64,000 bases of DNA, taken from Marsupella aquatica. Taxonomy: Eukaryota; Plantae; Marchantiophyta. The first letter of the stretch is position 1. Each line of letters starts with the position of its first letter. Positions 13,801 through 25,800 of the stretch are shown here, piece after piece. The DNA is taken from positions 13,205,375-13,269,374 of the forward strand of contig OZ316897.1 of assembly GCA_973895155.1 (NCBI GenBank). Direction: 5' to 3'. A program made the position numbers and the translations under genes. A model generated the notes under the pieces. The model was given only the letters and a program-made list of their open reading frames with translations, made no database searches and was not told the DNA's origin.

Positions 13801-16800
13801 GATGTCCAAATTGATCCCTCCAGGAAGCGTTTCAACAAGAGCTGGCTCAGACCAAACTGGCACTAATTTGAACTTATTTTTCCTATAATCCCTGGAACGC
13901 ATAATCTTCTCAGCCTGATCTACATTGACTTGTTTGCCTTTTGATGGACCATGAATCCACACATAATGAGTAGCATTAGCTTTGAGAGATTTGTAGCCAG
14001 TTCTACCGATTTCAACACCAGGTTTCCTAACAAAAGGGAGAATTACGGGGCTTCCAGTAGAAGAATCTGTGAAAACAAGCTTATCCTCTGAAGCGCAAAA
14101 CATTTGGTCCAAGGGAGAGGACGATGCACCTGCCTCGTCCTGAGGGGGAGTTGTGGCAGGGGAGCGACAAGCTTTCTTGGTTGAAAGGATCTCATCGAGT
14201 CAAGGTGGGCTAGGAATTGGGTGGCTGGCAGCGTCCTGCAAGGTGGTTTCCCAACCAACATCCAAGTTCGAAGACTGCTGCTCAAGTTGTGCATCCTCTG
14301 CATGAAACACGTCCACTGAAGAAGGTACACCAGGAAGCTCGAGATCATCTCGACCATCATTTACCTCATTAAATTCGGGCAATATTTCACCCTCCTCTTC
14401 CATGTAGCTTGGGATTTTGGGGCCCTCTGTTTTGTGATGCTCCAAATTCTCTGCAAAAACTTCCTCGGAAACACTCGCCTCAACTGGAGCTGGATCTGAG
14501 GCCACTTCTTCCAAAACAGTAAGGGGACCGGCTTCAATGGCCTCAGATGGCAACGACTCTGGGGGTGGAATATATAAAACATGGTGGTTGTCATGGAGGA
14601 GCCGCGCATAAGCTTCGATGAATTCCATCTCTTGAGCTATGTCAGAATAAACAAAACAATCCCGACAAATAATGACGCAAGCTTTGAGGGTCTGCCCTCC
14701 GGAGAAGAAGTCAAGCACTGTGTGACCAGTGCTGGAGAAATAATCAACAAGACGCTTTGTCATTTGTATAGGTTTAGCTCTGGGGTTTACAAAGCCCCCT
14801 CTCCTACCGACCATCTCATAAGACGGGGCCATCTTCTCCAATACTTCGACATCAACTCCAACTTCATCCTGCTTCTCTTTCCCTCTTTGTTGATCCTTGC
14901 TTTTCCCAGCGGAAGACCTCATCGGTAAGACGGTGAAGTCTTTGTCGTACTTAGCACTGTAATTCCAAAATGCATAAAAATCGTCGAAGAAAATTTGGGA
15001 CCAGTTAGGCTCTTTGTCACAACAAACTCCCCCAAAAATGATAGTGTCTCGTGCTCCTATGAGAAAGTCACCTTCCTCCTTGGGTACATCTTCACGGTAG
15101 TAACTACCGTACTCGAGCTTAGTGTGGACTTTCTTCTCACGACGGAACTTCTCGAAGGCACTCTGAATCTGGCCTATTAAAGGGCCTTGACGAACAAAAA
15201 TGATTGCCAAAAACTCGGTTGAGTTAGACATCTCCAGACAATATTCCAACAAGACAAAAATCTCAGCATCTGTCCACTGACGTTGTCAAATACGACCAAA
15301 GTCGACAACGGCAAGTGCGCACACATTATGAAAGGGTCCAACTGATTCCGGCTTCATCGTCCTCATAAGATTGTCGCTTAAAAAACTGCGATAAGGAGTA
15401 TCCACCATAGCAGGAGTCCCACCAAACGTCTTGCAGTATATCTGCTCAAGCTTCACAATAAGACTTTGCGGAAATGGTTCTTTGGCCCTATTTCTCTTTA
15501 GGAGATTGGACAGCCAAACCTCACCAGCGAGTTGTCTCAGTTTTGGCAATTCGCCACGATCTAAAAATGCTGGCAAAAATTGAGTTAGCTCAAACCAAGT
15601 AAGTGAATCGGAAAAATGTTCGGGATACTTTAAAATGTAGTACTCCACAATTTTTGCCCTCAGCTTTGTCATGACTTTAAATGTATGGGCCATGTCACTC
15701 ATTGATTGAACATCAGATTTGTTCGCCGGGTCTTTCTTCAATAGAACCTTCTGATGATGAACAGTGGTGAACACCTTTAGAATGTCCTCACTATTGAGGT
15801 CCCCTTCAAAGCATCTAAACAATGCCGGTGTAATCATTTTCGTTGTCCGGCTTTTCCCGTTCGTTTTTGAACCTAACTCACCAAGTCCATCAGGAAGAAG
15901 CCCCTTGACCCAATCGATGCACATTAGTCTCCAAGATTGGAACAGTTTCTCTTCCAAAAACAACAACCAAAAAATATTCCTCAGGTCGGATTTTCCAGTC
16001 GTTATTTTGGCCAAAGCCATGAAATCCTGATCCAAAGATAACAATGAAAATCTGAGGCTCGAGATGATCTAGAGGTAGAAGAAACTATGTTGAAATTTAT
16101 TGAAAAAGACTTGAATACATAAACTTGACCTCGAGGCTCGAGACAATCTCGAGCTAGAAGTGGATTTGAGTTTGAATATACCTGGAACTTTTGATGATCC
16201 GTTAGTCTATTGGACCCAATCACGGGTCTCTCGGGACGGCCACACTCGTCAAATTGTCGACGGGCATGGACCATAGTATCAAGAAAACAGGACTAATACT
16301 CCATCGTCTTGTTAACTGCATTTGCCCTTTGTGAGTGTTGAGCAAGTATTGTTCTTGGAGTTTTGTCCGAAAGAATTCGTGACTTTCGAAGCTGAAGACT
16401 CTTGGCGACCTCCTTCAACTTTGCATCGCTCTTAGACCAACCAATGATCCAAACTGCTGCCTTGGCCGAGTGTTGTCCACTAATTGCAAGGAACTGCACC
16501 TTCTTATTCTTAAAACCCCACTCGAACTCCTTTCGATCCTCAGGAGTATTATCATAATGGAGCAACTGCAAACTCTCTCTTGAATACGGAATTAAATCCG
16601 CCACAGCTGGTACCATTCCAGGGTTTCTAACCATGGATTTTGCGATCTCCATGGCATGGTCCTTATTGAACATCCTATATACCAAAACTGCAGAAGGTGA
16701 ATCTATACTAGTGACAAGAATGTCAAAAGTTTCATTCATGCCAAATGTGTAATACTCCTCAATCTCCTTAAGAACTTTGGCTCCTTCTTTAACGCTCTTT

Positions 16801-19800
16801 TCACCCGAAGCATCTCCTGGAGTGCCATCATCATCGGTATGTGCAATCACACCTGAAGAAGATGCCGGAATGAGATCTACCTTTACAGGAGCAGACTTTT
16901 TCTTAGGTGGAGCCTTCTTCGAACCGCTTTCAGGTTTCTCAACCCTTTTCCTCTTTTGCACCACCTTTACCTCCTTCTTGTCCAAGCCTGACATCTTATC
17001 ACCTGCAGCTCCTGATTTCCCTTTACCTGTTTGTCTCCGATGAGACAACACCCACTTCTTGCACCCTTCCTCGTCAAATTCACCAGCTCCAAAAACAAAA
17101 TCAGGGGAAATGGATTGAAACTCTCCCACCTTGGAATCTGACATTATTCTCAAAACCTTCCAAGTGAAAGGAGTCGTGAATTCATTGTCATGATCAAAAC
17201 CGTATTTCCGGCAATACAAGAATCCAAAAATTATATCTGCCCCAGTCATTTTGGACTCTTCCAACAAATTACTGGCAGTAAATCAATCGGGGATGAATCC
17301 CATTGGTATCACGCTCAGTTGTTTCCTAGCAGCACGTTCAATATTAAGATCGCACGAGTAGTTCTTAGAGTGAAGCCTTATGAGAGCCCATTTCCCAGTC
17401 TCATGGTTCTCCACCGTCAAGACCATGTCCTTACCATTACTTGTGACAATGGAAACAACAGGCCCAAGTAAGCTGCAAACTAGAGGTTCAGTAGATGGAG
17501 ACCGCGTCTTCAAACAAATAACTGATCCCTCCATCTCCTCAATTTCAGCTAGCTCAATGGCCCAACAGAATCCTATATCAGTTTGTCCAGGGCACAAAAC
17601 CTCAAGGGCATGTTCATCTTCAACAATCAAATTGGGCGATCCCAATTTTGCACCTGGAAAAAATGAAAATAGACCAATTGTCAGAATCACAGAAACGAGA
17701 AATCCCGTAAGAGGCTCGAGATGATCTCGAGCTTCCCTCACCCATTAACATAGTTGAACTCAAATAAGTACAAAACTGTTGTTTCATGGCCAGATGTATT
17801 TGGGGGGAGGAATTGATTCTAAAATATCATAAACCCAACTACCAATCACCTTTTCGAACCCCAATCATCAATGGAAACGAGTTGGAGGGTATTTCGCAAT
17901 CTACATATGGCAAGCATGGAATACAATGGAAGCTCGAGATGATCTCGACCCTAAATTCGTGAACAATACTTTAGAAATAGAATACAGGAAGAGTCAATCA
18001 TGGCTAAACAGTCAACATTATCTAAATCTCTGCATTATCATATTTCGTCATAGGAAAACATCGATTCTCAATTATGAGAATCTCCATCGAATACGAACAT
18101 CATACTCAAAGGTTGACCAAGCTTACGTCTAACACCGGCTTCAAAAACTCTCTAACTCGGGATGATTTCCATGATCAGAACGAGTTGGAGAGTATAGAAG
18201 TCGTTGACAGAAGCAAGCTTGGTCGACTTTTGATAGGATGTTGGTTTTTGACAGACGTGGTCTTCCATACGCAAAAAATCTGACAAGGCAAAAAGTTAGT
18301 ACACTGTTGATGAATTGGATATTTTAATACTTGGGTCGAGATGATCTCGACCCAAGTCTCTAAAAGTTAGAATACAGAGACTCACAGTGGCATTCGTTCA
18401 CCGTTAACTAAATCTTTGCATTATTATGTTTCTTCACTGAAGACATTGATTCTCAAATATGATCGATCGAATATGAACAACATACTCAAAAGTTGTCCAA
18501 TTTTACCTCTAGAAAAGGCTTCAAAAACTCTCTAACTCGGGATGATTTCCATGATCAAAACAAGTTGGAGAGTACAAAAGTCGTTTTCAGAAGCAAGCTT
18601 GGATGACTTTCGATATGATGTTGGTTTCCGAAGGATATTGTTTTCCATCGGAAATAACAAAACATCCGTCAAATACGAATAGCATATTCAATAGGAATCT
18701 AAATCTGCCTTTTCCATAATCCCTTTTGGATATGCTGTTAGTATTTGACAGATACAGCATGACAAATACCACAATCTGATAGATACATCAATATGAAAAT
18801 GACAGAAACCTCTTAACTTTATGGATATTAGGCTTGAGACAATCTCGAGCCTAATCTCAGTTACAAACGATAAACTTGTTCACTTTGAAGCCACCTCTTG
18901 AAGCAAAGTAATGTAGAAAATATCAATCGGCTCGAGATGATCTAGACCCTCAAGTGGATCAAAAACCAAGTATGATTTGAAGCTCGAGATGATCTCGAGC
19001 CAAACCTCCATCTAACAATGAGCAAATATAATATATTACGTTTGATAGTGCGGTGGATGTTCTGCGATGAATCTAGAAGGGTTTGAAGCTCCATCGCTAC
19101 AGTTGATGCGTCGTACTCGGCGAAGTCGTCCTTGGAGAAATCTACAACGGTCGACATGGCTACTAGATACTGGATACGAGATTTGGGTGATATAAGAAAA
19201 ATATGATCTCGAGGCTCATAGGAAAATCTCGATCCAAACGGCTATAAAATATCTCGAGGCTCAAAGGGGATCTTGACCCTAACCAAGTCTCGAGGGAAAA
19301 ATAATGATCTAGAGGCAAAAGCGACGAAATATCTAGAGGCAGTAAGCAAGAGGCGAGTGAGGCGTGGAGGGGAGGTAGGCAGGGAGGCGAATGTGCAAAT
19401 GAGGGTGGCGACATTGCGAATGTGCACTATAAGCCGCTCAGTCGGCCCTGAGTCAGGCTGGGGTGCCCGGCGACGGATGCCCGGCCACGTGCAGGATGCC
19501 ACGCACCCATGTGTGGGAGTGAATCTTGAGTTGAGTCATGATGACGGTGCTGTCACATGTACCATCATTATTGCAGTCCGTACTTCACCCTGCCGCTAGT
19601 TCATCCCTGCCATTGGTTTGACAGAGCCGTTTGGTTAGGCAGGATTTTATATATTGCTCATTTTTCCTCCCCACCGGGTCATTCTTCAGATATCGTTTCA
19701 TTGCTCGCTTCCTGCTCCCCTCATTCTCTCTCTTATCCCTCTTCCTGCCCCTACCTCTTGCTCCCTGTTCTCTGGCTCTAGATTTGTTCTCGAATCCCTT

Positions 19801-22800
19801 TCTCTCTCAGTTGTTTATTTGGTTTTGGAGACATTCTCATTTGAAGCCATGTAGTTGGTCTAAAATAATTGAACCCATACCTTTTAGAATACCAAACCAT
19901 TTATGCTTAAAACATTGCCACTCAGAATCCATTTGTGAACCTTTTCTCTTTTTTTTGAAGCTATTTCTCATTTCTCATTAGTCTTCTGTAAGCCTACTTT
20001 ATGTATTTCAATGTCAAAATTTTACCTCTAGATCATCTAGAGCTCCTCATTCATTCCAACATATTTTTCAATTAGAGTGTCATTTGTGGCTCGAGATCGT
20101 CTCAAGCTTTAGGTATCTTCCTGGGAATTGTCTATTTTTGTTTCTATCTCCTTTAAATCCACAAGTATTTAAGTATCTTTCCTTCTCTTGCGTGAGTTCA
20201 TGCTTCTCTGAGGAGTTATTATGAGCTATTGTTTCTATGCACTTCATAGTTCTTCTTATAGGGTGGATTATTGATCGTGGGAAATATTGAATTCCCTCTT
20301 CATGTGGATTGTCTCGAGCTGAAGACTTTTGTTAATCTATATCTCATGGTTTTTGTGGTCCATTCTTTACCTCAAGATCGTCTCGAGCTGAAGACTTTGT
20401 TAATCTATATCTCGTGGTTTTTGTGGTCCATTCTTTACCTCGAGATCATCTCGAGCTGAAGACTTTGTTAATCTATATCTTGTGGTTTTTGTGGTCCATT
20501 CTTTACCTCGAGATCGTCTCGAGCTAAAGACTTCTTAATCTGTTACTGCTAGTTCAGTTGGTTTGTTTTTGCTAGTCACTTTACCTCGAGATCATCTCGA
20601 GGTACAACAGCTTCCTGTTTGGAACATCTTTTCCAAATGGGGATATTCTTTCGAGGAGACGAGGTTTCCCTCTTACTTGATGGAGTTGAAGTTGCCTCTG
20701 GAACAGTCCTTAAGGTTGACCCCGGTGACTCAATGCGTAACGTTGATTTGGGTATTAATCATATAGGAGTTCTTATTGAGAGGTGCTATGATGGATCTCG
20801 AGAAATTCCATTCCCATTGCCACCGATCAGGACACTTTTTGATGCTGTAGACTCCTGCATTATTTGGGATGCCTCTTTCGCATATTTGAGGTCACAGTCA
20901 ACTCCAGTGATGACACAAGTGGATGCTACATGTTCTACAAATGATTCATTTCCCAATTGCTTACCTGAAAAATCTGCGGTGGGAAGTTTGGGAGACTCAA
21001 TTACGGATGGCGATGAAGTGGAGCTCTCGATTGGAAATCAGATTGTGTGTCGAGGATTTGTATTCAAGACGAATCCCGATGAGACTTGTCACAATGAAAG
21101 ACTTGGCCCTAATAGGATTAGTGTGAAGATATGTGAAGTTGTTCAAGGAATGGAGAGGTTACCCTTTCCGCACGCTGGAGCCGTTACCATTCAGGAAGGA
21201 TTGGACAGTTTTGTAATCTGGAATTTAAGGAATGTTCATCGGAGGAGTTCTTCACATGATTTATTAGATGAGCCATCCGCACGGGATGTTTTTGGAAATT
21301 ATAATTTCAAAGATTATAGTTTGCGTTCAAACTGGATGGCGGAGGAAGTGGAATTGTATGTTGATGATAATCGGACCAAGGTCGGGCTTGGCATCATCAC
21401 AATTCCTTTCGAGTTTGGTGCCATTGATGATGAGGTTCTTGGGCCAGATCACGTTGGGGTTGTTGTCACAGGTGTGATTGACCCTCAATTTTTCCCGAAT
21501 ATCTCCCCCGGAGTGCCCGGTCTTGTTAGGTGGGCCATCCGTTCACTTGTGTTGATATCAAGGGGGATTTTTCTTCTGGATCTCATTGGAGAGGTTTCTC
21601 CCGAGATAATTATTGATGGTCGAGATCGTCTAGAGGTAGATATGAATGGTCACACTGAGTTTTCAAAACGGCCTTATAATTTCATCAAGAGATCGAAGGG
21701 GAACCCTGATGAAAAAAGGAAGAAGCACCTGGAGTCGAGGGCAATTCTGAAAATCACAGAAGAGGAAATTGATTCCATCCAAAGAGAAGGTTGTTGTAAG
21801 TTGAAGTGTTGCCTCAACATGCCGAGAGAAGACCTACAGGCAATAAGGAGGGAATACCATGGGATGTCAAGCGACAACAAAACCAGTCACATTTTCACTC
21901 TTTTTGGTTGCAAGGAGAAGGGAGTGGAAACAAAAGGATATTTTGTTGTAAGAGGTCGACTTGTATGCAAGGGTGCATTTATTAAAATGCATGGATTCAG
22001 CACTGCCAAGTATTATGATTACAAAAATCAATACGAAGCAGGTTGCAAGGTTGGATTCCATGGAAACAAGGGTTCACACAAGACACGGGGAAGCACCTTG
22101 CACGCTCGTGCTTTGTTGGAGTCCATTCTAACCCAAAACGGAGAACCTATGCCGCATCTACCCTATGGAGGGTCTCATGGTACTGACATGGTTGAGTATA
22201 GACTTCCATCTTGTTTCACGAAGAAAGAGATTTTTGAGGAGGCCGGTGTACTCCAAGATGGAATTAGATGGCTACGTGAAGGTGAGTGAAAACACTATGT
22301 ACAAACTCTGGAGTGAGTCCTTCATGAATTTTGACTTTCACAAGGGTAGTGCATTTGCAAAGTGTACACTTTGCACTGAGTTCAAAGATCAGTTGATGCG
22401 TGAGAAGAGAAAGAAAGAGCGTTTAGAGATTGAGGAAAGAAGAGCTCGTCATCTTCGTGAGAAAATGTCTAGGAGATATGTTTACTATGCTCACAGGGTT
22501 CTTGCAAAGAAGGATCCTGAGAACTATCTTTGCATTATACATGACAAGATGGACCAAGCCAAGACATGGATCCCTAGGTTGGTCCCCACTCCTAAATCAT
22601 TGTCTGGCAGTGGTCAACCTCTCCCCATTGCGCTCACTGGGATGTTGACCCATGGAAGGGATCCCGGAGTGTATGCTCACTTCAGTTTCACTGGGCTTTG
22701 GCCGGGAGATGCAGACTTCACAGTGACATCGTTGGCCAAGTGCCTTAGAGATCTGGAGGATTACAAGGGGGACAAATCTGGAGACCTCCTTGAAGGGTTA

Positions 22801-25800
22801 TATTGGGCTGCAACGAGGCCAATTTTTCAATCTCTTTTGGACTTTGAAGCATTTCTTGCAGGGTACTTAGAACCCAAAAAAGTCTCAATTGCTAGATTTC
22901 AAGGAGCTGAAGATGACCAAGATATTGGGTTATCAAATGTGGTGGATGACGAGTTTGGTATTGATCCCAAGGCTGCTACCTCTTTCAAACCATTGCCAAG
23001 GCACCTGACCTTGCAAATGGATAATTCTGGGAAAGATAACAAAAACCAGTATGTGATGGCATTTTGCAGTGAGCTTGTTAGTAGAGGGGTCTTTGAAACA
23101 GTGCAGATGTCATTTCTCATGGTTGGTCACACCCATGAGGATGTCGATGCATTATTTTCAAAAGTATCCAACCAAGTGAAGTACAAGGAGGTTTCTACCC
23201 TCTTGGGGTTGATGGCTGAGGTTTGGGAGTGTGAAAGCATTCATCCTGTTCCACGGTTGATTCAAGAGGTTGCAGCTTACAAAGAGTTTTTGAAAACATT
23301 CAAGGTAAAAGACATAGAGGGTCACTCAAAACCAGTGGCATTTCTTTTCTCTATGAGAGATAATGTTCCAGTATATCAATACAAAGCACATGTGAAACAA
23401 CCTTGGTACCCTCCAACCGGAAGGTCCATTTGGAGAACTGATTCCAACACCAATGCTCTCATTTTACCAGAAGGTCAACCGTTTGCAAAACCCATCTCCG
23501 GGGATGTACGAGGCAAGGTTGAAGAAATCATCCCATTCCTTAATCGTTACATCGAGTTTTTGAAGAAGAGTTGTAAGGATGAGACCTCTACAGCATATCG
23601 TGAGAGGTTTCCTTTGGTGAAATATTGGGAAATGGTGGTGCAAGTATTATCTGGGGAACTTACAATTGAAGTGGAGGCCGAAATATAGTTGGCATTGACA
23701 TATGAGTTTTGGCCAAAAACCAACCACGGAACTGGTTACAAGGTGAATAGTACAGGAACCTTTGAACCATTGGGGGAACCTAGTAGTAGTACACAGAATC
23801 CAGAAATGGTGGAGCTTCAGAATGAGTACCTGGAAGAGATGGAGGATCAAACTGCAACATTTGTTGGCACTCGACACGAGCGAGAACTTGCCCGTTGGAT
23901 TCCTCTCCAGGACATTCAAGAGGGCCACTTTGTATTTCTTCGTCCAGAGGATGAATGGGAAAAGAAGAATGGCAAAGAACTTTTCTGGTTGGTGAGAGCT
24001 TTGGGTGTTGTGGACCCAAACCATGAAGTTTCTTCAGGAGACTTGCAATGCAATAATAGTATTTCTACTAGTACAATGTATGCTCCTATGTTCCAAGTGC
24101 AATGGTGGAGGCCTAAACATGGTAAACTTGATGCACCGGATCAAGATCATGTGCGATATTCACGTTGCTTTCAGACCACTAAGACTTGGGAGATGGATCC
24201 TGGGTTTGACAGTGCCACTGAACGTTGGCAATTTGCTAATTCTGCTATGTATGGATTCAAGTCACGCTCTAGAAAAGAAAATATAATTGATAGAGGTTTG
24301 ACCATTCCCAAGAATGTTTTGAAAACACTCAAAACCTACATGGAAGGGATTGTTCATTAAGTCAAATTAAATTTTTCTAGTAGTCAGAGTGAGGGAGTCT
24401 AAGTATATGTCAATTGGTTTGGAATGTCTTAGTTTACGTACTAGTTGGTTACTAGTGAATCTAAGTAACTTTTATAATATTTTGGGAGACTAGTTTGAAT
24501 AGGTGGGCATGAGGTATTAATTGGACTTGGATACCTTTATATTAATTGCTTTAATTATAATTACATAATATACTATCTGACTATATTACAAGAAGTCATA
24601 TCCGTGATGGGATGTGACTGCCTCTAGTAAACCTTAGTTTCAACTCGAGTTGCTTACTGTAGAATGTACTAAAAAATTAGTTAGTTACTTGAATTAATAT
24701 GGATAGATACCATTCTGACAAGTTTATAAATTAATGCTTTCATTTATTACGTAGAAGGTTTACAATAGCTAGGGTCGAGATCATATTGAAGTTAGCTTTA
24801 GTTATATTATATTACTTACTTACTAGTTAGTCAGATTGAATCAATTTTCTACTTCTTATCCAACATATTTTACATTATTATCACCCAAATGTTTTTCTTT
24901 AGAATCCAAATTAATATTTCATTTTCCCCTATATACAATCTTGATTCCCCAAATGTACATGATCTTGTGCCCAAATATACAACTTTCACTGCCCAAATGT
25001 ACAATTCTTGTACCCAAAAGTATATATTTTGGTGCCCAAATGTCCAAAGATCAAATAATTTTCCAGTTTTAATGAATAGATTGATAATATAACAACAGCA
25101 AATGGCATAGAACAAGAAAGAACACAGACTGTAGCCTCACCTTAATTTCCGACAAATCACCCTATTCATTAAAAGTGTATTTTATTTTGTTCACTTTTAG
25201 GCCTCGAAATGTACACTTTTTGGTCTCTAAATGTACACTTTTTAACCCCAAAAGGTACACTATAATACAATACTCTACACCTAAATAGTCAATTGTAAAC
25301 TTGAGGGAGAAAAAATGATCTTTACTAGAAGTAGTCTCATCCTAGTTCACTTATAAAAGATGAACATGGTGGTATGTTTGATGGCCATCACCTCTATTTC
25401 TTGCCCAAATGTGCACTTTTTGAAAGCCAAATGTACATTAAATTCTATTGCCCAAATGCTCACAAATTGAATAATAATTCACTTTTAATGAATAGATTGA
25501 TACAAGCGTTTCTCATATGCCTTCAGACGAGTTTCATCTGTAGGTTCTCCTCCATCTCCTTCTTGTTCCTCTGCAAATTTACTCTCGTCGCTTCTTGGCT
25601 GTCTTGTTGTGAAGCTTCTTGTTGGGCCCCATCTTCTGGGGGCCCATCTCCTGGGACATCATCATCCTTGGGCCCGTCTGTGGCCCCATCATCTTCAGCC
25701 CCATCTTCTGTCTCCCCATCATGTTGGGCCCCATCTTTTGTCTCCCCATCTTCTGTGGCAGGATCATACTCTGCCTTGTCGTCATTTGTCTCCCCATCTT

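Larger units (their letters stand above)
12078..24791. repeat. Dispersed palindrome CTCGAGAT-N-ATCTCGAG, ~20 copies, confined to the Sola-like element
   Basis: Copies at about 12412, 13534, 14337, 16057, 16136, 17714, 17932, 18334, 18832, 18930, 18982, 20025, 20089, 20370, 20438, 20506, 20585 and 21618. Degenerate copies at 12078 and 24773; half-sites at 19200-19340. Confidence 0.92.
11708..25085 (+). mobile_element. 13.4-kb TIR DNA transposon with Sola1-like DDD transposase and cargo genes
   Basis: Left TIR ATCACCCTATTCATTAAAACTGGAA versus right TIR revcomp ATCAATCTATTCATTAAAACTGGAA (23/25). Flanked by AATATA on both sides (11702-11707, 25086-25091). CCAAATGTACA subterminal motifs at both ends. 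Confidence 0.88.

Noticed and set aside
14200-17267. Bacterial contamination or prophage explaining ParB and MTase
   Set aside because: The gene has GT-AG introns and lies within TIRs inside a plant gene intron.
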